From: Oculina patagonica
Lineage: Eukaryota
DNA length: 64,000 nt
Direction of reading: 5' to 3'
NCBI RefSeq assembly: GCF_052425735.1
Contig: NC_135760.1
Location: 26,598,001-26,662,000 of the forward strand
A model generated the notes under the pieces. The model was given only the letters and a program-made list of their open reading frames with translations. It was not told the DNA's origin and made no database searches. A program made the position numbers and the translations under genes. Below, in pieces: positions 37,874 through 49,590 of the stretch (position 1 is its first letter; each line of letters opens with the position of its first letter).

Positions 37874-38682
37874 ATCATGTTAACAAAACTGCTCATTTTC
37901 GTAGTACAATCACTTCTCGTAAGAAAATAGGCGAGACAGGCTAAGATAAAATGCACACGACTTTAATCAAGAGACATAATTTCTGGTCATGCTAAATGAG
38001 TAGTTTGGAAGAGTTTTAAAGGATAGTTATAGTTTTCATATTGGAATTGCTGCAATATATGACGTTTTTTGGCGATGCACAAATTACATTTAAATTGATG
38101 AAAAACTAACACCGTTAACTAATAAATAATTAATAAATAAATGTATTTAGTACTACCGTGCTTATTGTGGCAACTGAAAGCAAGGAAACAAAGATTATAA
38201 ATGGAACACAAAATTGTTAAAAATCTCCCTTTGTTTTGGTGACTTCCTATGGGGCATCTTTTCCCAAATATAAACCCATTTTTCACATCCAAGGCCCAGC
38301 CGTTAAACTTCACCGCCACTAAAAATAAGCCACTGAAAAAACAGGGCTTTTACGAAATTTTGTCAATTTACTCATCATCATAGATCACTGAAAAGTGCCC
38401 TCTACAGATAAATTCTTGATTGAAAAGTAAGTGAGAACTGCTCGCGGGTTAGAATGCGCTAAGAGTCGTCTAAGAAGATAAGTGACTGTTTTGGTATTTT
38501 TAGGCCAAAACAGGCTTTAATTCTTCAGCTGATACGCTGATACGGAACGCTAGGAAAGAGAAAGGACTTGTGTCAGCATTAATTAGTTTCTTGTCGCGAT
38601 AATTGTACACTTTATGATGTAAGCAATCAATTTTTGACAGTACAATGGCGGGCTGGCTTTATTATCTTAGATGGGATATCGA

Positions 38683-41600
38683 CCTCAGCTAGAGCTTGTT
38701 TGGCCTGATTGAGAATAATTTCTTGCATTTGGCGTATCCGCCACCACTCCACGAGGATTTAGCACACGGACTGACGTCATATAAACGCGCGCTTTGTAGT
38801 GAATGTGATGACGTCTCAATGTGCAAAAAACTCTCAACGATTCAGCGCAGAAAATCATTTAATAGAAAGGCAGCTTCAACATAAAAAACGAAATTATCTA
38901 CCAAAATTCAAAACTGATCAAGTGGCGGGTTTTCCGATCAATTAAATTAAACTTAGGTAACCCAATCCCGGGCACTAAATATAACTTTTACATTGACAGT
39001 AACACTGAACAGAGATTTTTCAGAGAATACCATGCGTGCTTCATTCCTACCTCTGTCCTGATTTTCTTGCACTGTTGCAGCAAAGTTAGCTACAAACAAG
39101 TGAACTGGATAGCAGACCAGTATAAGGCATAGCATTACTTTGTAAACGTTCATAATGGTGAAGAAACACGTCTTTTTCAAGCTTTTTTCTCGTAGCTCTT
39201 CAAAACACGTCTGCTCACAACAGTGATGTCTGTGCGAATAAAGGCTCGCGCCCTCAACGTAACAATTGAATCGTCTAAGCACGCGCTTTTATTTGATTGG
39301 TTGGTCCGTACTCCGTTTTTCGTCAAGTTCAGTCGGCTCAGTCCCCAAAGAGTCTCCCGGATCTCGATCTAGACTACCTAACACTGGGTAACGTGTACAT
39401 TAATTAACAACTAAAGATGTTGTTTGTTTCTTTCTAGGGCCAATAAAAAAAAATAAGAAACGGTTCAGAATGAGATAGCGAAAAGTGCGGGATAAAAAGC
39501 AAGAAGATAGCCAGAGATGGGGGAAGTCCGAAATTAAAATTTCTCAATTGCAAACTAAATTTAAAATTGTCCTATAATGTAAAAGGATGTAATTTTGCAT
39601 ATCCTATTTTCAGACCAAAGAGGTTATTGTTGGTTATGGAGGTGGAGTTGTGGGAAAAAGGGCAACATCAACCAACCAGCTTATTAATAAATGGGATACC
39701 CTTTTCTAGGGATACAAACACTAAAACCTTATCGGTGGTATGTAACTTCATTAATTTACCTCCAGTATAACCGGAATTATTATATAGTGAAGTGAAATGA
39801 AGCCCAAAGGTGTTGCTCTATTTCTGTTTTCTATTTCTATTTTCTCATCAGCCGACGTCAGGCCATATTTTGCAAGCCTTTGGGCGAGCAAAAGGCAACT
39901 GACAGGTAAAGCTAAACCAAAAAATTAATGCACAGATCTCCGCCCGTGGGGACTCCCATATGAAAGTGACTGGGATGCTCGTCGTCTTGCTTAGGGGTGT
40001 AAAATACGGAAACTGGTCGCACTTAGGGTGCTCAGGAAACGTTAAAAATTTTAGCCGTCGAGGTCTCGTTTAGGATTGCACTTGAAAAATATATAACGCC
40101 GTCGTAGTGTGTTGTCGGTCTAGGCCAAACAAGCATGAAAAATGGTATCTTTTATAGTGTCAAAAAAACTTGAGAAACCTTGGGACCCCGTAGGGCTTAA
40201 GGGACGGACCATTATTTTTTTGGGGGGGGGGGGGGGGAGAAAAATAANNNNNNNNNNNNNNNNNNNNNNNNNNNNNNNNNNNNNNNNNNNNNNNNNNNNN
40301 NNNNNNNNNNNNNNNNNNNNNNNNNNNNNNNNNNNNNNNNNNNNNNNNNNNNNNNNNNNNNNNNNNNNNNNNNNNNNNNNNNNNNNNNNAACGCCGGGGC
40401 ACACATGAATTTGAATGAATGTTTAAAGAAATGGTAGAACATTTAGAAGAAAGGAAATTATTTTTGGAACACCACCAGATAGTGGAACCCCAAACAAGAG
40501 CAACCCAGATTGAGAAAAACTATTTCCTCCAAAACAAGTGTGTGCTTTTTTTTATCCTTCAAATATTTTACATAAGGCGGCCGCTCATTTTGGGAGGCGT
40601 TTTCTCAGGCGTCAAATATTTTGAATCATTGCCGACTGAGTTACTTGGACGCTCGAGAAAATTGAGGTCTCCCAATATAATGAGCAGCGTTATATAAAAA
40701 TATTTGAAGAATAAAAAAGCTTACAATTTGCCTTCAAAAATATGCCCTGGTATCCGTTATTAGACATTATCTGTTCCTCGAAGATCACAGTTTTCTTACA
40801 ACTTCCCTCTTGGAAAACTGTTCGCTTCACGGAATAGATAATGTACGCGGACAAATATCGGTGCATATTTCAACACCAAATGGAGGCTATTGTTTCTTTA
40901 TTTCCCAGCTTGGCTACATCGCGTGGCGTGTTTATACTAATTGAAATCTATTTGATCAAGAGAGATGGATTACAAAGAGCTACATTCGCCAAGTTTACAA
41001 ACCAAATTTTAAAATCAGATCAAGATTCCAGATTATTCGATATGAAACTTGTTAGTTCTTAAAGCAAGATGTTTCTTTATGTTGCAATCCAAAACATAGC
41101 TTGCCTCAATCTCAAACAAGCAGTTGATTATAAAGAACTGAAACGTAAACTTAAACAAGATACTTGAATGAACAAACTTTTTTTGATTGTCTGAGTATTA
41201 AGCTCAGGAGCTATTAAGCTTATTAGGGACACTAAAATAATATCAAAATTGAAAATAAAAGTAGTAGTATGTATTATGCTAAGGTAAATTTTAAGATTAA
41301 CAATTGTGCTTGAATAGATTTAGGTTTAAAATATAGAAAATCTAAAAATGTCTAAAAATATTTCCATTTTAAAATCTAAAATGTAACAAAATCTAAAATC
41401 TTAAGCATTGATGCCTCTGAAATTCGCTCATTCCTTCCTTCAGAACCATGCCTTAATTAGCTTTACCGTATTTGTGAACATCAATAATTAGAATTAAGTC
41501 TAAATGGCTTTTAATTTGTGTCATGCTTTATTTCATGCAGTTGAAAAGAAAAATTCTTACTCTCTCACCCATGTTATCGTTCAGCAATACATACACATTT

Positions 41601-43555
41601 GCATAATAACAACAATACTTTATTATGAAAGTTTACCGAGGGCCGAAATTTAGGAAGATTACCGGCTTTGTTGGAGAGGCTTTGTTACTCCCGAATTGTT
41701 ACCGTGTATTTATCTACTTTATTAACTATCCTTAGCTTCCATTTATTCGACGGAGAACCCTTAGTTGGATAAATCCTCTATCTTCAGAGGAACTTTATGG
41801 GGAATCATATTCATATTGGGATTATAGTAGTTTTTACCATGTACTTCTGTTTTTACTGAAAATGCTATTTTATTGTCTTTATTGCCGAGTCAGTGAGCGT
41901 CCATGCCATTTTTCGAAATTCTTTATGCTTGCAGTGGTTGTATGTGTGGTTTGTGCTACGTGTAGTTGTGTGTTCTGTGGTTTGTAAAGACGCGGATGTC
42001 CAACTGTTCGCGGTGGGTGAAGTCACTGAGAATCCCGCGTGGGAGTAGCAATAATAATTCTCTCTTCCAAGCGACAACAAAAAAGTGACTGAAAATTGTG
42101 AAGGTTTGTTAAAAGGAAAGCAAAATTATGATTTGATGGTTTTCCTTTCAATTTTAATTGATACCGTGTTTAAGAGGAAATCCGCCGNNNNNNNNNNNNN
42201 NNNNNNNNNNNNNNNNNNNNNNNNNNNNNNNNNNNNNNNNNNNNNNNNNNNNNNNNNNNNNNNNNNNNNNNNNNNNNNNNNNNNNNNNNNNNNNNNNNNN
42301 NNNNNNNNNNNNNNNAGTAGTACTATGCAAGTTACTATTTAAACCAAGCCACAAGCCTAATGGTCATTCGATTCTGATTCTCAGTTCAGTTATTAAGCAT
42401 CTTAAAACAGTTTCTGGCTTCAGTGTTTAAGATATCCTTTGATGATTATGAAAATCCTCCCTTAATCACGGCTTATAACAGGTATTTTATTCGCTGCTAG
42501 TTGAAGCAAGTTGTTCCAAATTCTTTTTCGCTTAAAATTCGATTTTCTCAGTAAGAAGTCGGGCGATTTTATCTGTGACTAATTCGAGTTCACAACCAAA
42601 CTTGTATACAAATTAGTTTTATAGCAAGTTTATTCCTTTTTATCATAGATCAACATCAAAATAGCATTTTACTCCATTGTTTACAACTATCTGCCATTCA
42701 TTAGCTTCTCAAGCTTTGTTTTGACTGTACTGTCGTACTTTCATCTTAATTCGGCTTACGGATTGTTTTGAGCTAATTACACACAAAACTCTTAATCTTG
42801 TTTTCGTAGCTTACATTCAAATTCCATAAGGCCTTAACAGAGGCTACTCTCGAACTGAGCCAGTATGCAAACAATTTGTAGGAACTATCACACTAGGGGG
42901 GGGGGGGGGGAATATTTGGCACGATATACGTATATAGTGGAGAAAACCCCGTTGATTTTGGAACATGTTGTTAGCCCCCATTGAGCAGGACTCACGTAGA
43001 AGGACGCAAACAAGGTCTTAACGAATACAGTATGCATATGCCAACAGCTGCGTACGTACCGAAAGGTGTATAACGCTGCCACTAGAAATTTTTCAGACCT
43101 ATTTATTGAACTCGGTGCGCCCAGCAAAATTAATGGCGAAGACCAGAAAAGTAACTCAGTAAAATTAAAATTATTTATTAACTGAGGCTTTGTGGTTGAT
43201 GCTCTCATTCTGATACTAGAAAACAAGCTAAAAAACACACATTACGTTAACATGAACTATATGTGAGCACATTCGAGAATATTCCTTCACCTTATATGCT
43301 ACATCACGATGTTGGTAGAGTAATTCGAGCATAAGGAACTCTGTGGAAAATTTCTACAACATTACATGTGACATGACATGAATTTTGGGCGCAATCCGTT
43401 TAAATTATAATCGACTTTGATTTAGTATAAATCAATATTTAGTTTTTTTTCTTCGTCTTTTCTTTCTCGGAGAAATTAGCTATACAGCTATCCTTGTAAA
43501 TCCGAGGTGAAATAAGGGTGATGTGATGTGATAAAAAAAGCTATAGACTAAAGGC
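38683..43555 (+). repeat. Segmental duplication copy 2; contains two assembly gaps (40248-40389, 42188-42315)
   Basis: Colinear with 12500-17623; both gaps fall inside repeat/MITE sequence that is resolved in copy 1. Confidence 0.93.
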
Positions 43556-44741
43556 TGTGAATTGAAGTAACAACAGCTGTATGTCATTGAAAAGTAATCA
43601 GGTTTCAGAGAAACTCATTACAGGAATTCTCCAAACGAAAACAAAGAAGAAAAGAAAAAAAAAAACCACAAGGTTTTTTATAGTATAATCAGCTTTGTCC
43701 ATGTACTTGTTTGTTGCACAATTCAGTAAAATGATAATACACAAACAGTTGTTAGAACTTATCAAAATACCCGTCAGTTTTTGGCATATCATCGTAAACC
43801 GCTTGTGGACGCGACCTAATTATATTTAATTACAGCAGGTGGTCCGGTTGTTTTGGACGCACACATTCCAGCGTCCCAGAACGGTATCTTCGTTCCTGTG
43901 TTACTCGGTTAAACATTAACCACACTTTCTCGATTTGAATATTCCCTTTGTTTCCAGGAATGTTTCTTGTCCTCAGTTTTTGGTTTCAGGCCGGAAGCGC
44001 GAGCATAAGCCACACCTCTTGCAAATCAAGTTGCGAATCGCCTGATTCTTTGGCATCAATATTTATGCCACTCGCTTTGTTTTGGCACGTATTTAACATG
44101 TAAACAAAACGTTCATAGAAGCTAATCCAGCCACCTTCTATTTCAAGCCAATTATACGCTGTAGAGCTGAAATAGTCTAGAAAAAGGTGCAAGGTCTTTT
44201 TTGCTAAGGAGAGATTTTCGTGGAAAAACTAAACAGTCCTAAGCTTGTTACGTAACCAGCGATACTCTAAATTTCGGCCAAGCGTAAATTAGCGAAATAA
44301 TAAGAAATTAAGCTTAGGCTTAAGTAAAATACTGCTGTAGCTTACGTTTTATCTATCATACCGACTATAGTTGCTACAGTAAAAAATATATACTCTTAAT
44401 TCCTAATCTTAAGTTGAAATCCTTAACTCTGAAAGCCTAAGTTCACACATCTAATGCGTGGGTACATGTTTGGCTGAGTGTGTTTATGCACTGTAAACCA
44501 CATACCCTAGGCTATATTTGTTTAATTATGGACATAAAACACCGTCATTAGTTCAATCCCGTGTCAGCTTCGTAAGTCTGCGTTTTAGAAGGCGCTTATT
44601 ACGTCTTATTGGGATTATATCAGGGTCGAATTAGGGGTATTTTTGATTTTTGATCAGGTAAGCAAAGCCACTGACTTGAGGCTGTTCGACCGCTTCACGT
44701 TCGCATCCCGCAATACGCTTTACATATAATACATATTTTAC

Positions 44742-45713
44742 TCAGACTTCCAAGGTAGTGTTTTCCTCATTTTCCTCGCGTTCGGTGCATCCAAACTGTT
44801 TCTTGATCAATTCTTTTAAATGCGGCACCTCGAAGCACGACACAACACCCTTCAGAGTAGTACCAGTTAGGCCGATCACTAAAGCAATAAAATGCACTGG
44901 AACATTCCCCAAGTAAAACACTTTTCCTCCAGTCATGGTTTGAACCAAAGCCACGCACGTGTAGGGCGCCCAGCAGAAAGTGTGAATAATAAGAATGCTG
45001 AAATACGCCTTTTGGGTGGTTCTTTCGCCCCCTCTAAGCGCGTATCTTTCACAGCGTTTTTTCATAGAATCGTCTCGCTTCATTCGCTCCGGCTGGAAAA
45101 TAAAAATATCATAAATGTGCGTGTAGAAGGACGCGCTGAGAGGTAACACCATGCAAAACGCTAGCACCGCCGAGGTGTACCAGGAGTTGGTTATTAAATC
45201 CGGAAGGCATTGAATCTCGGGTATCTGAATTGCCGGCCATGCAAAATGGGGCGGAATGCTGATCAGTATTGAAACGATCCATACAATCACAACCATCAAC
45301 CTTGATCTGGAGTCGCTGAAAATTCTCGGGAATGCTTTCCTGTCGACAATTGAGCAGTGCCTGCTGGTGGCTACGAGCGTAAGGAAAATAATTGGGGCCA
45401 CCATCCCCACAAAGCCCACCGTAGCACTCACTTTACAATAGACTTCGCCGACGAAATAGATCTGACTGTGAATAGCGGATAGAATCCAGAAAGGCACCAC
45501 AATCGACGCTGTTAGCAAATCCACAAGGCTGCTATGCAAGGTGAACAAGTCATGGATCTTCCTCAGTCGAGAGTTCTTGCAAATGATACAAACGATTAGC
45601 AAATTAGTCGCAATAGATGTCACTCCAATGATTGTAAGAATGGTTAAGAACGGAATTGACTCCTCGAGGCTGAGATAAAGCGGGATTGTGGACTTCTCAG
45701 TCATTTTAGACAT
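44742..45713 (-). CDS. Intronless rhodopsin-like (class A) GPCR, orphan, 323 aa
   Basis: Seven hydrophobic segments; TM1 TNLLIV, TM2 SLVDLL, ECL1-TM3 YCK, TM3 SRH, TM4 VWIVSILISIPP, ECL2 Cys, TM6 FCWAPY. Confidence 0.92.
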   Translation of the reverse strand: MSKMTEKSTIPLYLSLEESIPFLTILTIIGVTSIATNLLIVCIICKNSRLRKIHDLFTLHSSLVDLLTASIVVPFWILSAIHSQIYFVGEVYCKVSATVGFVGMVAPIIFLTLVATSRHCSIVDRKAFPRIFSDSRSRLMVVIVWIVSILISIPPHFAWPAIQIPEIQCLPDLITNSWYTSAVLAFCMVLPLSASFYTHIYDIFIFQPERMKRDDSMKKRCERYALRGGERTTQKAYFSILIIHTFCWAPYTCVALVQTMTGGKVFYLGNVPVHFIALVIGLTGTTLKGVVSCFEVPHLKELIKKQFGCTEREENEENTTLEV

Positions 45714-46834
45714 GCAGGCTTATCTAGTTATCTTATTGGCCTTGTTACTTCCAAAACGTAGCTAAACAATGACTTTGTACGTATTTTCTTTCACTGTTTT
45801 ACACTCACTAACCAATTAGCAGGTGATAGTTTGCCGCGCGGCAGGTGAAACCATATCAAGGCAGATTCATGCGTGATTTGATTGGCCGGGCGGGTGCGTT
45901 GCCAAGGTAACACAGCATGCACACTATCAGTCCAGTTGCATATCTTGAGGCTCCCGCGAAGAGCCCTGCATGAAAGACGTTTTAAAACGAGCGTCTGTTT
46001 AAAAAAGCTTGAATTAAAATCTGCCTTGTCTACAAATTTCGTTTTGACTTTTTTTTCATTTTGGTCAGTGGCCAAATTTTTCATGAAATTATTAGTCAAT
46101 CAATCAGTATTAAGAAAACTATTTAATATGCTAATTGTTTAAATATTGAGAATTTTTAACACTGAAATGATAATGAGACTAGCCAACTTAAAAAAGATAT
46201 TTTTAAGATATTATTTGACCATCTCATTATCAAAATGTTTATTTTCTGTGTGCTGAATGCAACGAAAGTAAAACTGAGATATCCATATAGAATATAACTT
46301 GGGGCAGACGTGCTAATTTGCACATGAACAACTAAAATCACTGCATGATTCCTGAGTCTGTAATATTCTGGATAAATACATGAAAATAGCCCCTTTTCAA
46401 ATGCAAAAATAACTGGCGACGGACATGACTTGAATTGTAAATTTATATGAAAAAACAAAATTGAACATCAGTTACAAATAACGTACGCACTTTTTATGAT
46501 TCCCATTTTCCTATTAAAAACATAAATGTGAGGGATAGTGAACACAGTTTTGAACATCTATTCAGGCTCCTCGCAAGTGCCATAAATTTTACATTTCCTG
46601 AATGAAAAAATGTCGCTTACATTTCACGCGTTTTCACACAGGAAGCCCAAGCTCTCTGAGAGCCGTGAACATTTAATGTTGAATGACATTGCCTAACAGC
46701 CTAAATATAAGAGTTTGTATGGAAGTGAATTGATCGTGTATAAAAGTTCGAAATATGGGAAAAAATCTTCTGTGTGTTAGTTGTGTTTCCGTAGCGTTTT
46801 GGGGCTGTTTTCATAGCGATTCTAGCGAGTTTAA

Positions 46835-47430
46835 CCCTATCCAGACCGGGGGGGGGGGGGGGGGCGGAAAGTGCCCGCGCCGACTTTGAACGCTTATAAC
46901 TTTTTTAATATTCAACCAAACGCTGCCAAACTTTGCGACTTTATCTAAAATTTATCTGGGAATAATTTGGTAGGATAGGCTGTTGTGTCAGAAACTTGAC
47001 GTCACCATGGCAACGGCATTTTGACAGGCATGTTTTCCCAAATTTGTAATTTTCGTGTTTCTATTAATGAAAAATAACTTTAAAGCAATTATTTTCACCT
47101 GTTTACGGGTTTTAAGCACATTTTTATTGGTTTTGAGTATTTTCCAGTAATTTGAGGCGGTTTTCTGACGTTTTGAAAAAATTTCGAAATCCAAGATGGC
47201 GGATCCAAGATGGCGGCTGTTTTGACATTATGATGTAATTGTCACGTGATGTGACGTCATCATCACACGTGACATATACCAAAAGATAGATTTTGGGACA
47301 TACTACATACTACATATCCTGTAAGTTTCATTGTGATTGCTTAAATATTCTGGAAGTTACGGAGGGGGGGCGGAATCCGCCCCCCCCCCCCCGGTCTGAA
47401 AAGACCAAAAAAAGCCCGGTCTGAATAGGG
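46835..47430. mobile_element. piggyBac-type MITE nested in an older inverted-repeat element (about 46776-47561)
   Basis: TTAA|ccctatccagaccgg ... ccggtctgaataggg|TTAA. Outer arms: gtttccgtagcgttttggggctg / cagccccaaaacgccaaggaaat. Confidence 0.85.
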
Positions 47431-48647
47431 TTAAGTTTTACTGGTGATCTTCTTTACAATTTTCTGCCATACTTTGATAAAAAGGAGTTCAAAACAATGA
47501 AACTGAAACTCGCTGGAATCGCTTTGAAACAGCCCCAAAACGCCAAGGAAATACATCTAACCATTCGAAAAGGAAAAGTTAGTCATTTTTTTATTGACTT
47601 TCTTTTCCATGTTTCGAACTGGTATGTCCGATATAGTTGATAGTTACATTTGAAGGTATTTATTAGGTCGTATTCCTTTTCTGTCATAATGCATCCAGGG
47701 CGGTAGGCGGGATTTTGCATGGGTGGGTGCGAGCGCCGGAGGTGTGAGCGTCTAGGGTCCGGGGGCGTTATATTCTCCCCGGGAATTTTTGAAATTTTTT
47801 TTTCTCGAGCAAAATCTTGGCGAACAGACCAAGATAGCGAGCGAACTGGTTCTGTGTATATACTTCGTATTGGAACACACATTGACAAAAAGGATTATAG
47901 ACCTCTCTGGTCGGGTCTGGTCGCCAATTGGGCAGAATAATACAAAGGATGGGAGTACAGAGGACTTTTTCTGCCGAATCAGGAAGCAGCATTCAGGGAG
48001 CTGTTTGGAACTGGCCTGGTAATTGTTGTGAGACTTTTTCCACAGGGGCACCTTTTAATCGCTCCAACTTTTCTATGCCGAAAAGTTTTTCGCAGTTTCG
48101 CGTTTCCCTCACCCTCAGGGGGGTACTCGGGATTCAAAGTGACGGGGATGATTTAATGGGGGTAAAAATCAAGACACTAAAAATCCCTAGGTATAGGTAT
48201 TCCAACAAAACCCAAAAAAATCCACGGACCAAAAATTTACCACAAAAAAAATTCATGGCAAATTTCTGACCCTTAAATTTCCAGAAAGGGGGAAAATATA
48301 ACACAAAGAAAAACATTAGAGACATGTTTGTTTGTACTATATTTGCAGAACTACGCAGCCAAGGCACTACCACGAATCTTCAGATTTCTTTGAATACCCA
48401 AAAAGTCTCTACTTAACAAAAAATACTTGCCAAATTTTCAACATCTGTGAAAATGATAGTTGTACTACGGACAAAAAAAGTTGTACTGGGGACCAAAAAA
48501 ATACATCCGGTTATAAGCCTCGCTGGATATAAGCCCGCCCTCTGCTGGATGACGGTACTGAATAGTGCTCAATCTTGCTTTTTAACTAAAAAACGTATTT
48601 CGATCGACACTGCCGTGGCTCGTTTCGAAACCGTATTTTATTCCGCT

Positions 48648-49254
48648 TAGGGCTTTCCACAAGTTGCTCGAGATTTCCCAAAAAGTTGCCCGTAATTTCT
48701 CAAAAAGTTGCTCAAAAGTTGCTCCAAAAATCCAAAAAAGTTGCTTCTGATAATAAAAGTTGCTCGAAAGTTGCTCCAAAAAATCCAAAACGCTGCTTCT
48801 AATCAAGATAATTTCTCTAAATATATGCTAATTTCCCTTTGAGGGTAAGATTTCTAAGCAGTTTTATGCAATTTTACAGCAAAAGAAGTATCTTAATAAC
48901 ATATTAAGGGGAAAATTTGTTAAATAACAAGGATTTCTTTAACTGAGAAAAATCGTGAAGATATCGATGACGTCATGTTTGCTGACGAGTTTTGTAATGT
49001 TTTAATCCAGAAAGAGCAGAAAGTTGAAACGTCTTCAGATGTTCCTCGGAAGTCTTCGGCAAACTTTGTAAATCTTCGGAAACGTTCGTATTGCCTTTGA
49101 ACAACACTCGGATAACCTTCGGAGATCTTCGGTCTGGAAATTGCCCAAAATGCAACAAGTTGCTCGAGAGGAAAAAAGTTGCTCGAAGGGGAAAAAGTTG
49201 CTCGAATCCTGAAAAGTTGCCAAAAAGTTGCCGAGCAACTTGTGGAAAGCCCTA
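48648..49254. mobile_element. hAT-type non-autonomous element nested in a mariner/pogo MITE (about 48495-49376)
   Basis: TIR tagggctttccacaagttgctcg; 8-bp TSD attccgct at 48640-48647 and 49255-49262; internal AAAAGTTGC repeats. The host element is the same family as 8821-9144. Confidence 0.9.
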
Positions 49255-49570
49255 ATTCCGCTTATTACAGTTATTCGTTAGCCCTCCCGGATATAAGCCT
49301 CTCCGTTTATAAGCCCACCCAAAAACCCCTTACGAAGTTGTATAAGCTCAGGGCTTATAACCTGAATTTTACGGTATACTGTACGGTTAATTTTTTCGGA
49401 CATTTTAAAAATTTGGGACGGTTTTATTTTCGGAATTTTTTTTGTCCGAAACAGGTCCGAAATAAAAATTAAAATCGTCCCAAATACGGGTTCGGAGCCT
49501 GGGAACAAATCTTATGCCAGGCTACTCAGCCTCGGCCCTGAATTCAAAGCGGTCCGCCCCGCATACCAGT

Positions 49571-49580
49571 CTTCCTCTTT
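49571..49580 (+). promoter_or_regulatory. TCT initiator / 5'TOP motif of the ribosomal protein gene
   Basis: cttcctcttt begins 20 nt upstream of the RPL23A ATG. Confidence 0.75.
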
Positions 49581-49590
49581 AGTAATACAC

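Noticed and set aside
40120-42430. ORFs containing X runs
   Set aside because: Artefacts of the N gaps.
44742-45713. Opsin assignment of the GPCR
   Set aside because: The TM7 lysine is about six residues C-terminal of the retinal-binding position.
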